Source: Haliotis rubra (Eukaryota). Taken from it: DNA of 64,000 bases. The translations under genes were made by a program, and so were the position numbers. The notes below the pieces were generated by a model. It was given only the letters and a program-made list of their open reading frames with translations, had not been told where the DNA came from and did not search any database. Shown piece after piece: positions 39,901-52,253 of this stretch; positions within the stretch are counted from its first letter, which is position 1, and each line of letters starts with the position of its first letter. Location: positions 1,240,001-1,304,000 of the forward strand of contig NW_025765225.1 in NCBI RefSeq assembly GCF_003918875.1, given 5' to 3'.

Positions 39901-41882
39901 AATGTGGTCGATGCAACCTAATCAGAAAACACTATAAAGTAGCCCTAAGAATTCTTAACTTTGATCGTAGCCAATGTGTTAAGAATGGGCTTAAGAAGTG
40001 CGTAGGGCTGCGAACGTTTCGAGAATAGCTAACCTGGTATAAGTAACTGTATAAGGAATGTTAAGCTATATATGCATATTAAATTAATAAAGAAAATCAG
40101 CATTGCCTTTCCTTTTGGGCAGAGTACATTACGTGTGAGCATAAAGTATAATTCAATTTCTACACAGACTGATACATACCTGGGAACATGAATTTTGTGT
40201 AGATGACGTGATGACAATTGCTGCAACGTTGTCGAGTACGACATCCAGAACGGGTAGAGGTTTAGGCTGACGTACGGTTATAAGCCATCTTGAAGCATGG
40301 CGCAACATGGAGTCCACGTGATTATCCTGGGAGTACCTACTAGCCTTAAGAAGAGAGTTCATAACCGGTTAATAGCTCAAACTAGTTCAAAACGTTATCT
40401 ATTTTCAATAACGTTAAATCGAACGATTACATCTCTTTTAACATGCACCATCCGTCAACATTGTAGTTTGATAAGTAAAACAGCTATGTTTGATTCTGGA
40501 ATAAAGTAAATGACAAATACATAAGGAGGGACCGTGTGGTCCGTTGTGGGATATCGCTCGTTCCTAACGCTATCAAGCATTTATTTTCTATAATAACGGA
40601 AATATGTTTTCACCTGTGACATGATACGTGCCAAACACGTGGCCGAACACATGATCAAGGTTGTGTCTTCCCCAGAAAAGCTGCTGAAATCAATTGAAAT
40701 GTTGCTTGTGTACGTATGAATACGCATTTGAATCCCTGCCGACGACAGTTTGACTGACAGCCACGACGCCGAGGCCTCTGCAAGTGAAAGCGACAAACTT
40801 CTTTCAATAATTACAGAAATATGATTGTACGACTGAACTATATCGTAAGCAAGCCTTTATGGATCACTATCACATTGTGATGACGCCAGGTGAACGTATT
40901 CTTCCGTTCCGAGGGCAATCGTCCCAAACACATGCAAAGGCAAATCCACACGAAAAGAATACGGCAATATATGGTACAAGTCTTAATACGTTTAAGAATA
41001 ATAATGCACTCGTCGTGGGCATAAAATGATTGTTATGATACTCTTGATCTATCCAGATTTATACCATATTGAAACATTAAGTCTAAACATGATGATGACA
41101 TTATCTGGACAGTGGAACATCATGTCAACCGTATTGCAAACAACATTATACAATCATCTAGTTGATAAATCCCATAAAACTACATTACCTTCACTTGAGT
41201 CATGAATAATAGTTACAGTATTCCACCTGAGGGTTGCTACCAGCCTGAGAATGGTGCCTAAAGCCTTCGCCGTGCCCGGGGTACGGGGATCGCTATATGT
41301 GTAATGACCAAACAGGGCATCTCTTGCTTTGTCTCCCTTGGTAAATGTCCAGTTTGTGTGGACATTGTCATCACCTATACAAGGCTGAGATGTATAGCAA
41401 CCAGTTCCATCAAAACCACAGTTGATACTGTTATCAGGTACACAAAGTTGAGTTGTACAACACACAATTCCATTACAATCACCGTTCATGTTGTCATCAA
41501 CTAAAAACAGTTGAGTTGTACAGCAATCAGTTACATTGCAACCACCGTTGATGTTGTCATCAACTATACAAGGCTGAGCTGTACAGCAGACACTTCCATT
41601 GCAACCACCGTTGATGTTGTCATCAACTATACAAGGCTGAGCTGTACAACAGACACTTCCATTACAGACATCGTTGATGTTGTCATCAACTATACAAAGT
41701 TGAGTTATACAGCAGACTGTTCCATCATAACCACTGTTGACTTCGCCATCAACTTTATAACGTTTAACAATAACTCGATCCGTGCCACCAACAAATAAGC
41801 CATCGGAGGAATAAAATGACCAAATCAAAAGGAAATATTTTACAACTGACAACAGCGATGGGATATTTTGCGATATTGACAT
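24991..41882 (-). CDS. Divergent ionotropic receptor (IR / iGluR-family ligand-gated channel), ~782 aa; exons 41189-41882, 40614-40777, 40180-40344, 36526-36675, 35996-36084, 35398-35488, 34477-34789, 26327-26544, 25394-25659, 24991-25189
   Basis: S1 motifs WPPFV, YSGFCVDL, WSGLVGQL, ITYER..VDF; M1 after WPFKWEV; pore FWYMFG..FRQG; M3 SFCCNLIAFLT; S2 YSFAFPNGSPY, TGVIERL...WW; M4. All GT-AG and phases consistent (2349 nt). Exons 1-3 are less certain than exons 4-10. Confidence 0.88.
29213..29644. mobile_element. Kolobok-like non-autonomous DNA element with TTAA TSD
   Basis: TTAA at 29209-29212 and 29645-29648; imperfect TIR agaacaaatacact / agtatatgtgatct; removal restores the LINE reading RAVKYWTKL; THAP-like start MPNRCFVVNC at ~29516. 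Confidence 0.75.
29951..31474. mobile_element. piggyBac-like non-autonomous element (TTAA TSD, CCC...GGG ends) with a ~265-bp internal inverted repeat
   Basis: ttaa|cccatttatgcat ... atgcaccagtggg|ttaa; removal restores LINE FKSLLNVE; ~30083-30347 is inverted at ~30854-31122. Confidence 0.8.
31493..33594 (-). mobile_element. Tc1-like transposon (decayed transposase starting at 33283), TA TSD
   Basis: TIRs tactgaaccacaaaa.aaa.gtcgc / gcgacgtttcttttgtggttcagta; HTH start MARLTRDRRNQ...; SPIEHLWDE and GHTQY* C-terminus; frameshifted. Confidence 0.92.
31700..32281 (+). mobile_element. 5'-truncated LINE with 13-bp TSD inserted at the end of the Tc1 transposase
   Basis: KFRCQSHNL, CNIC..EDEYHLLLICP; tail aataaagtgatcaaagtgatc; TSD agtattgtgtgtg at 31687-31699 and 32282-32294. 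Confidence 0.88.
34290..34362. repeat. Imperfect (CA)n microsatellite
   Basis: Seen directly. Confidence 0.9.
34835..35004 (-). mobile_element. SINE family A, full length
   Basis: ggggcggtggggtagcctagtggttaaagcg head; (actc)n tail. Confidence 0.9.
36902..37069. other. Assembly gap (N run) in IR intron 3
   Basis: Run of Ns. Confidence 1.
39040..39700 (-). mobile_element. Highly decayed Tc1-like transposase relic
   Basis: Minus-strand WFSGESR (FSDES-like, ~39340-39358) and LLQDNASPH (~39078-39104) motifs. Confidence 0.6.
41364..41753 (-). repeat. Coding 63-bp tandem repeat (6 copies) encoding VDDNINGGCNGSVCCTAQPCI-like units in IR exon 1
   Basis: Seen directly in DNA and in the ORF 41154..41882 translation. 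Confidence 0.92.
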
Positions 41883-43556
41883 GTTCAGTCCGATCGCAGT
41901 CAGTGCTTCATTGTCAGTCAGGGTGTACCCTCCACAAGAACTGCTGTCGCATCTATCGACTATTCGTTCGTCAGGCCGTTGTTAAAAGTTAAGAGCATGG
42001 TAAACTACGGTACACTCCGTTATCGGATTACTTCCGATATGAGAAGATCGGTGGTAACCATGTTATTGGTTCGCCATTATTCTCTGCATCTGTCTATTGA
42101 GTATTTCGCGATATATGTAGACATAAACCCAGAAATATGCTTTTATCTCATCACGCATAATCTAACTTCCCTTTACCATTTCTTAAGTCACTCTTTCGCG
42201 AAGGTCTGGTATCATCATTAATTAAGGTGATTGAATCGTACAATGCACGATCTACTTTTAGTATTACATTTCTTACGATTTTTCTATTTGCTTTTATTTT
42301 TGTTTAAAAGATGAAAGGATCTAAGTCTAATTTCAACGGGGAGATGAGACCATGTTTGAAAAATGGACGTCCCCGTGTTGCTGTTTTCGTGTGTCAAAAG
42401 ATTCTTTGATGATAATACTCTTACAAGTATAGAATTCATTGTTTGGGGTGTATGTTGCAGATGTATCATTGGTTTAAGTTTAGGAATGACAAGTTTTATG
42501 GATGATCAACTTCTTTATTGTACAATAGCGACGTTTCGGAATAGATACTTACACCGTTTAGAAGCAGGAGGCGGTGAATGTGTACAGCAGGGAAATACAA
42601 TAGCGTTCAAATTGTCATTTTCATAACTAAAGGATAACAAATATAGTCATAATATTATGAGGAGATGTAACAGAATATGCTAAAAGTAGGTCAGTTAAAA
42701 TACAGACTCCGTTTTTTGCATTAATGTAGTTTAAATTTCTGCATATGTTTTATTGAACATTAATCGTTTCATCTATGCCGTCGGCCAGTCTTCATTATTT
42801 AGGTTTAGTCCCGATTTTGACAGTCCCAATTTTGACTGTGAAAATTCACACTTCTGTACTTGATCTAACCAGTTGTCCCAAATTTGACAGTCCTCGGCTG
42901 TTCGTCTCAGATACATATATCCATCCTGCAGCAAATCTGCACCTAGTCTCCTACCATCTAAAATTGTACCTTTCTCAGCCATGACGAAATACGATGTGAA
43001 AATGTGATGCATATGTGGGTGTCTATACTTTGCCGTTACTGGTAAAGCTACTTCTCCCATCTTGCATTCACACGTCTCAACCGATAATGCTACTTCTCGC
43101 CTCCCGTTCTCTCAGTTGATTGCATTCTCAGCCTCCCTTGGCCTTCAGTGTAATTATCATTTCAATGTTTGAATTATTGTGATATTAGAACAACATATTA
43201 TATTTATATCAAGGACTCTAACATCAAAACCGGATTGTTGTTAAAACACCCCAACAACATTAATGTATAATATGTATATTTCACAATCTAAAGATGATGT
43301 TGATAGTAAAATAGTTGAATCTGTAATATCAAAAGGAAATTTTGCTTGGCTAATTTAATATATTGTAATTATTACATTGCATTCTGTTGTGAGTTTTTGT
43401 GGTATATAACCGTTCTCTATCTTCAGGATTGCTTAACTGTCTAGTTTAAGATTGTTATTTTGTATGGCAGAAGTCTTAAAAACGTTTAAAAAAGACCTTT
43501 TTAACATTGACATTGTTTTAACCAATTCAAAATGTTATGTAAACCCCTCTTGTGTT

Positions 43557-43772
43557 GTACCCGTGACGATCCGGGTTAGAATTGGTCTTTGGTATTTACT
43601 GTAACCCATGCTTGTCGTAAGATGGTTGACACATGTCATCGGTTCCCAATTGCGCAGATCGATGCTCATGCTGTTGATCACTGGATTGTCTGGTCCAGAC
43701 TCGATTATTTACAGACCGCCGCCATATAACTGGAATATTGCTGAGCGCGGCGTAAAACTAACCTCACTCACC
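43557..43772 (+). mobile_element. SINE family B with internal deletion
   Basis: gatccgggttagaattggtctt ... gatgctcatgctgttgatcactggattgtctggtccagactcg ... gcggcgtaaaac. Confidence 0.85.
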
Positions 43773-44731
43773 CTCTTGTGTTGCCACTTGTTGAGATATA
43801 CTGAGGGAAACAAAAAAGGGAAGACTACTTTATGGCAGTGTTCCTTTATTTATTCTCGGATTTCCTCCAGTAGCGCTATACACAGCTGGTGATGAAAACT
43901 GGAAAATATTATAGAAACGCTTGAATTTTCCCGTGTTCCTTTGTTTGTTTCTCTCGGAAATAAAAATGTTGTATAAGATAAATATCAACTTCGCGTGTGA
44001 AATACCATTAGGATACTCACGAATAGCTAGCATCATTGTTAAGCGTTACTGATTCATAATACTAATGATACAAGATTAGTCGAAATCGTACAACAAAGTC
44101 GGTTTTTGTCAGGTATTTCTAATGAATTATAAATTGTATGTCTTTATTTCCTTGCTATGTAAGGCACATCAGTTTTTAAGCTGATTCCTTTAGCGTTAAA
44201 CATACGTGCAAATGACGGGATTGGGGATTTAGTGCAAGATATCAACATACGTGTATATATAGTCAACGAGAACACTTCTGAAGTTAAACGCCCATTACTC
44301 TGTGAATTGTCACTCTATTTTACGGGAAATCGAGTGTATAGCAAACAATACTTTAACGCATAATGGCCTTGTTTATACAGTTTTATCGACCGTAACTAGT
44401 CCCGAGGCTTAATCCTCAGATAATCCGTGACCATCGGTAAATTCAGGGTAACTCGCGCACCTCGGCACATTTGAAGCCTTCATTGGGTGATTAATATCAG
44501 AGGAATCCTGAATAGGCTGCTATCACAACACCGGCTAGACAGACAGTTACAATTTTACACCAAGCCAGTCAGGGTGTACAGTAAAGTGCTACCTTTGTAC
44601 ACTATCCTTTTCCCATTTAGCTTACGCTGAGTATGTTTTTCTTTCAGTGAATAGATTTATCTCCGAAGCCTTTAATACCTCTTCCACGTGAGCTTCTAAA
44701 GCGAGTGGATATGTAAACACGTTGATTTCAC

Positions 44732-44739
44732 TATAAATA
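44732..44739 (+). promoter_or_regulatory. TATA box of the 141-aa orphan gene
   Basis: cTATAAATAc ~95 nt upstream of ATG 44826. Confidence 0.6.
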
Positions 44740-44825
44740 CGGACCTCTTTTCATTCTGGGTAACACTGAGAACCAGACACTGAAGGTAGAACATCCTAAG
44801 GATATCGCACAACGTTGTCTACTAT

Positions 44826-45704
44826 ATGGACATGAGACAATCCCGTAACATACGTAGTCGACGAAGACTTGTTGTAAGTTATGCACAATTTTCTCATATT
44901 AACTGTTGATCACTATTCATAATATACATGCATGATTAACATGCTCTCGTATATACTCGAAACCTTGGCATTCTCGATGGATATATATGTTATGGATGGA
45001 ATGATATCAACTGAGTCTAGGATTTTGATGACAGTTCCTCCCTCATTGTCTTTCTATTGACTTTAAACATGAATATAAACATGAAGCCACAGATACTATT
45101 GAACTTTGAGTTTACTATAAATACACACTAAATTTGGATGAAATGTATGTAACTGATAATTCTAAAAAACTTTCAGTATACCACGGCTTCGTCACCAGTC
45201 ACGGGGATATCAAGACTCACTCTCCATAGTCCATGTCACGTCACGTCATCTCATGACAGTCCACGTCCACTCAGTGACAACCCAACCTTCTCTGACAATG
45301 ACGTACTACATGACAGTGGCTTTGAATCATGTGACAGCAGCGAAGAGGTAAGCGTTCAGTAGAATACATGTATACAGTGTTTCAAAAAGAAAGGAATATG
45401 GATAGTGTCTTGTTTTGGTGGTTCAAACTCAAAATTAATTACTGTAGATTTACATAATGTATACGAGCATTTGTTAATAATACTTATTTTTTTTCAGTTG
45501 ACACCTGACAGCAGACCCGGTGGCTGCATTCATTCAGACACAAGTCTGTCCAGTGTCAAAAGAAGTCTATTTACAAAGAAACGATCACACGACGATGTCA
45601 AGGGATATCCAAGCACTAAGAAATCAAGGCTCGGAAACAGTGATGCTCAAGTGACATGTGACGTTAATCTTTATATTCCGGGCGCCTTAATGGACATCGA
45701 CTGA
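44826..45704 (+). CDS. Orphan 141-aa Ser-rich, probably disordered protein with cyclin-docking, beta-TrCP-degron and NLS motifs; exons 44826-44873, 45177-45347, 45498-45704
   Basis: Donors GTAAGT and GTAAGC, acceptors tttcag and tttttttttcag, all phase 0 and stop-free: MDMRQSRNIRSRRRLV/YTTASSPVTGISRLTLHSPCHVTSSHDSPRPLSDNPTFSDNDVLHDSGFESCDSSEE/LTPDSRPGGCIHSDTSLSSVKRSLFTKKRSHDDVKGYPSTKKSRLGNSDAQVTCDVNLYIPGALMDID*. TATA upstream; AATAAA at ~46718. Confidence 0.8.
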
Positions 45705-47396
45705 TGTCATGGCGATGTACGTCTTCATGCCTTCAAACATCTTTGTTGACCCATATCTGTATCCCTCTCCGACCACCCCAAGGAAATGATATCACAAGAG
45801 TCACCGTGTAATGGACCCAAAAAAGTCCAACGATAATAGTCGAGAGAAAGACACTTGTCATATTTCGTCATGTTGGCAAAGGATATATATTTATTGAAAT
45901 GTGTTCAGTGCTGATTTGTGATACAGTGCCACTGTAATTCAATTCAACAGGCATCTTGAAGGATTTGTTTTCCAGTGAAGTGTGGCGTTGATGATGATGC
46001 ACAGTGGAAACCCGTTCATACCAATTAACGAATAACGTCATTTCTCTTTCCCATCGGTAATCCCCTAGAAGGCGGGGTTTGTGGAGCAATAGCGTCCTGA
46101 CTAACGAAGTTTGGCGCCAGGAAACAAACACGTACTTATTGTTATGCAAACTAACTGTGCTGCAGGCGCTACTGGTAAAACATATGCTCAGACTCACTTT
46201 TTTGGGCAAATTTGTAAAACTGTACCCTTAATGAGCCTTTTACGCTCAAAGAGTCTGTCTTTCTGGCGTTATCTCTTTGATATTCACCCCCAAAGCGAAC
46301 GGATAAAACATTTTCAAGTTCGTACCAGAGGGCTAGTGTATCACCTCTCCTATAAAGACCCAAGTTGACTTTTTGTGCAGAGTGATCATAATAATATCAT
46401 ATCATATCATATATAATTAACGGCCGTGTTACATTTTTCAAGTCTTCGTCACTTTGTGGTAGAGGACAGTACAATGGATTTGTGTGTGTTGGTTGTCAAA
46501 CTTGTTTTGACCCGCTGTGTTAAGGTCAATAAGCCGTTCTGAGCTTGTGAAGTTGTTATTTTACTTGTGGTATTCTTGTATGTTTTAGTAATTAAATGAA
46601 TATCACCATTGTTATTCATGTATGTACTCATGTGTATGATAATCTATATTTATCGAAATAGCTAGCGTCTCAGAACGGGGCAATCACAACGGCCATGTAA
46701 TGGGCGTGCATTGGTGTAATAAATGTTTCATAAACGTACAATACTTTTATGTAGTTTTCCACTATTCATTCATTTTCCTACAATTTTCAAACGACCATCG
46801 GTTTTCTTTCAAAATCTACAAAACTGAATTGAACTGAACTTGACTTGAAATGATCCGAAGCCATATTTCTTCAACATGAGAGACAGATACATGGGGTACA
46901 TTTTGGTACATTATGGCATTGAGAAACATTTTCACCTGCAGCTTTTATAAGAAAAACAACAACACCAAAATCCTCCCTGTGAGGTTTGTTTAATCAAAGT
47001 ACTCATTTAATTTTTTTTTGTCTCGGATACGAAAATAAATTTAGCCTCGGGGTATTTCTGCATTTCATAAATTCTGTTTTCCGATCCGGCACCTGCCATC
47101 GTTTTTCAAAACAAAAAAACTGCGTAAGCGTTACATAAGAGGTAAAACTTCGAGTACTTGCCGAACCCAATGTGTACGGTACCCAACTGACAACGTCTAC
47201 ACATGCTTTGGATCAGTTTCCATGATCAGTGGTGTGTGTATCGATGAATGATGTTTTTCGCCACTCCCAATAATAACGTTTGCGTGGACCACGCAAATAT
47301 GTTGTTGATCTTACGAGCAATGTTTCTGACGCATCTGCCACCTTGTAAACGGATATTCTGGTCATGGCATGTCGGCATGAATGCGTTCCACTATTG

Positions 47397-47560
47397 GGGT
47401 CGATGGGGTAGCCTAGTGGTTACAGCGTTCGCTCGTCACGCCGAAGATCCGGGTTTGATTCCTCATATGGATACAATATATGAAACCCATTTCTGGTGTC
47501 CCCCGTCGTGATATTGTTGGAATATTGCTATCAGCGGCGTAAAACCATACGCACTCACTG
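47397..47560 (+). mobile_element. SINE family A, diverged copy
   Basis: ggggtagcctagtggttacagcgttcgctcgtcacgccgaaga...gcggcgtaaaac. Confidence 0.88.
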
Positions 47561-48099
47561 TCAATAAGACAGCTCATGTTAGGTCACGTGTCCACGTACT
47601 TCGAGAATTTACTTGAAATCACGCCATACCAAAACAATTCAAAGCTGGCACTTAATTATGGTACGAAGACAAGGGCTGGTTGTGGCGGAGTCAGTGTACT
47701 GTGTACAGAGTTTAGTGTCCATGTTAAACCGTGATATGCTCTTAGCGGACTAGCACTAAAAGTCTTAACAGTTGATTCATACATCTCGACTCTGATCAGC
47801 GAGGTGGGGAAATCAAGCTTGTTCTGCTTCCATGGTAAACTTTTAGTGCCTTCAAAGAGACAATAAGGGTCCTTGGGGCGGTTGGGACCAGAAAACCGCG
47901 TTTAATAGCAGTTTCAGGCAGTCTGTAGTCTCTGATCTAGATCTGTGTGAGCGAAACTTTCCTAACTAACGACTCCAAGACACACACGGCACGGGAACAA
48001 CAGAAAACGGATCATGTTCTTTATCTCCTTTCGAGCTATCTCCACTCCCCAACCCCCATGGAGCTCCTCAAGGCCTAATGATGCAGGACCCTAATCTCT

Positions 48100-49125
48100 T
48101 TGAGAAGCTATTGGAGAACATGTACATGTTCTAGAACGAAGGTATGTTGCGGGGACTTTCATTCCAGGACGTGCGTGGGTGAGTGAGTGAGTGATTATTT
48201 ATCGTCACACTGGCAATATTTCAGCCACATTGTGACGATAACAATTTAGGTGTCAAAGATAACCGGAATAGGAAGTGGCAGTGACTTCATTGATGGTGTT
48301 GACATCAAAGCGGAATGAACGGTTATCGAACGTGTTTGAGTTCTTAGTGAATGCTAGTTTGTGCATTATGAATGGACGTATCATATGGGAAAACGGATCC
48401 TCTGTGGAGGACTATGTTATCACATGGACTATGAAATCTCTGCTGAACATGAAGTCAATGACATGGCAGTGCCAACTAAAACGCGGGACAAAATGAATGA
48501 CAGTACTAAAATGGTATGTACAAAGAAATGTTACGGTTTCATTCTTATAAAGCGAGGAAAGTGTCGCACAACCAAATCAGGACAATCTGAAGGTCTCGTT
48601 TTGTCCATAAGCCTCCAATCCCTGAATGAACTGCCATAGGCAGCAATTAAGCATTGCCACGACCATGAATCTCGTTTCCTTGGACATTCCTTCAGACATC
48701 GCTGACCACGCACACAGTCACTTGGTAAATAGATGTGGGTTACGCCATTATGAACTATATTCCTGTAACACCACGACAGAGTACACCAGAAATGGTAACA
48801 CATTGTACTCTCGAGGGGAGTCGAACTTTCTGCCTCATTACTTCAATCCAGTGTATACCAAATGTCTACACCCATGACCATTTGGAATAAGGTGACTGGA
48901 ATATCTGCCATGTTGAAAACAAACATCTGTTGCTCCATGGGATCGCGTATTGGTAATCAGTGATGTGCTTACTTATTACTTGATATGTGTTTACATAGTT
49001 TGAATATCTGTGAGCTTAGTAACGATGAAGCGATGATGCACCTGCAGGGCCCGAACAAGGTGAAACTCCAAGCAGCATGTGACCACTATTCTCCCTACAA
49101 TCACAATATACCAAAAAGAGTCTAT
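48100..49125 (+). mobile_element. Very decayed LINE fragments
   Basis: EN-like remnants AGDF (~48148-48160) and FLVNASLCIMNGR..NGSSVEDYVI. Confidence 0.5.
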
Positions 49126-49136
49126 ACCAGGATAGG

Positions 49137-49479
49137 TGAGGTGAGGTGAAATTGGGTTTAACGTCGTGCTTGAGAACATTTCACTCATATGACGACGTGC
49201 ATGCGTGTGTATGTGTATGTGCGGCTGCTTGTACTAGCCCAGACTTAAGCTGGTTTTATAGTGCCAGCCCACTGAGATACCATGCCGCAGTGAAGCATGA
49301 ATACCCCACTCAGACACATTATACTGACCAGTCCTTGTTGTACCCATTAATGCCGAGCGCCAGGCAGGGACCACAAGTACCATATTTTAACATCTTTTGG
49401 TATGACGCGGTCGGGTATCGGACCGGCGACCGTCCGCTCTCCGGGCGGACGCTCTAACCACTACACCACGGAGGCGGCC
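49137..49479 (-). mobile_element. SINE family C, full length, with 10-bp TSD
   Basis: Near-identical to 12895-13247; TSD ccaggatagg at 49127-49136 and 49480-49489. Confidence 0.92.
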
Positions 49480-52253
49480 CCAGGATAGGCCCTTATACAA
49501 ATACCGCAATCCTAACATGTCTGTCGGGCGTGTGGGACTAACACAGGAGTCATACACGGTCCCAAATCTCATTGATGTTTTTCCATCAGAATAAGGATAA
49601 TAGAGAGCGAGTGGGTTTTCAGCGCTAGATCACCCCAGCCCACAGTAAACAAAATAAACAGATTTTAACTTTTTTTTATATTAACTTTGATCTGAGAAAT
49701 ACAGCATCCGCCGTGTTAAACATTTACAAATGTAATACTCAGCATGAATACAGTGATATTGCGTTGCTTTGTTATACCAATCTTCCGAATATGGATTCGA
49801 ACTATGAGTTACGTTACACATGGAAATTGCATTGTCAAGGCATATGGACTAAAAACACATATAGTAAGACTACATACATATGGCTGTAAAGGCCTCCAAC
49901 TGACAATTAGTGATGAGACATGAAGAAGCACTGACAACTGATATAAAAGTTGTCATCCATAAAAAGTTTCATATCTTCATAATTAGGAAGATTAGTTTGA
50001 AATTCTAGAATGATTAAATCAAATGTCTCAAATGGAAAACTTATGGATTTAATGTGTATTTAAATGCTCCAGGTTCCGGGAGTTTCTAACAGTTTCAAGT
50101 TCTGAACCATATAAGGATAAAACGTTGTTATATAATCATAATGTCTGATAATATTTTATGCCTTTCCCCCATTTTCTAACGTCTTTACGATATTCCAACG
50201 TCACCAAACGACGTTACAATGTAATAAGTAATTTTCATTGACATTTTCTCAAAGAATGTCTCAACCGATTTGAAAATATACACTCGAAATATGCTTTGAA
50301 GAATCGATTTTCGGAGTGAACATAAAATCATTTCAGTAGATACCTTAGGCCTTAAATACACCACCAATACATGTATGTACGTAGCTACAGAAAGAATATG
50401 CAAATAGTACAGGAGGTAAATACAGACTCATTAAGGATTTGACGAACGTGGGTTAGGAATGGTATAAAAGTTTACTTTGTCATTCTGTTAAAGCCGATGA
50501 TAAAAAAAAGATGTTGTCTATAGAAAATGTAATGACAGATACTGTAGCGTCGTGATATAGCTTAAGATGCTATTAAAACAAATTATCATCTTGAAATATT
50601 GAATATTGGCATGCTACATGTATGGAATGAAGAAAACCTCAATATTCATATACATCATCGGGGGAAATATCAATAGTAAACCAAGTAATTGAACATAGCA
50701 GTCGACTATGTAAACCTGTAAATCACAATTTAAACGTAAAAATCAACATGTAAACGGCCATGCGATATTGATTAAAACATTCAAGGCACATCCTCGATTG
50801 AAAAACTTATTGACGGAAGCATATAATAATTCAGCGCAGTCATTTCTGTGGCTAATTAACGGCGAGGACCGGCATAATTCGTTCAAAAAAGCAAAGGCTG
50901 AGGGCTGAACCTCGATACATTAAAAAGTAACTGAAGCATTGCATTGGAATGACATAAAACATATATTCAATAATTGTTACATAAGGTTACGTATTAAAAC
51001 GCCTATATAAAAAGTATAGTGTATATAAATTGCATTGCTAGGGCATTATAAATATCGCATGTCATGACATGGTATGAAATAATCCAAAATCTATAAAAGA
51101 CAAATGTAGATGCGATATTAGAAACTGGAAATGAAATAAACAGAAACTGATAAAAACAGTAAGAGATATAACGGTTCTCTCATCTTAAAGATAAAACTTT
51201 GCATTGATCTGCATTGCATATGTTCCCTGCCTGGAACTACATTTTAACCACATGTATATCAACACATTCATAACAGTCACGTAGCATTTATACACAAAAT
51301 GAATCAGTAAAGCATGTCACAGAGTAAACTCTACGAATTAAGCAATCGTTTGATTCGACTGTTTTGAGTGAGTGTGATTTAATAAAATTCATGATGACAA
51401 ATACAGGTAACAGAAAATAAGTTGATAGAAAACATATATGTACATGTCAGTATCAGTTAGACAACTCAGGTTAAATTAGGTACGGTTTGGTAAACAAATG
51501 CAGAAAAATACTTACATGCTATGTCCAGTACAAAGTTCTCAAATCAACAAAACAATTGGGACGTGTAATATTCAACTGGTTTTCACAACATTGCTGTAAC
51601 CTCCCTTGGATACAACACCATACGTTCATACTAAATTTGTGCTTTCTCTGAAACATTTCCTTTATTTCTTGCCATTGATGTGGGATGTCAAACCCCTTTG
51701 GTACTCTGGACGTCGGGCATTATTAATTTGCGTTTAACAGAACAGTACGATATATGCCATGAACAGTTTTGTACGCGGATGCCAATGTTTTAATGCCAAA
51801 ATATATTTTTCGTCGTGTTCACTTGCAAATGATGACGAATCATTACAGTATCATGATCATGCATCATTATGAAAATGCCAAGCTAACTTGCTTGTGCTAG
51901 ATGTTTGCATCGATATTATTGACAGGACTTAAATTGGACCCAGTCAAGACCCATTCTCAGTTGTCAGTGCAGGTCTAGACGTTGTGATAAGTGACATATG
52001 TCAAAATAAGACATTCTATTTGTATTATAAGATACACCACTGCCTTCTCGATTGGTGGACAATATACTTTGCGTTTCTCACTCACAAATCCGGGTTTGAA
52101 TTTATTTAATCAAACTTGCTAGGACTGCCAACTGGCATGAACCTACTAGTTGCCGTTACGGTTTTTTTGGCATTGAACGCCAAAGATACTTCCTCCAAAC
52201 TTTACATATCCTTCATCCGTTTCCTAGAATTGCTTTGGTGGGTAATCCCAATT

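Noticed and set aside
40778-40982. Longer version of IR exon 2 from an upstream acceptor
   Set aside because: Contains an in-frame TAA; the acceptor at 40777 has a better pyrimidine tract and the correct phase
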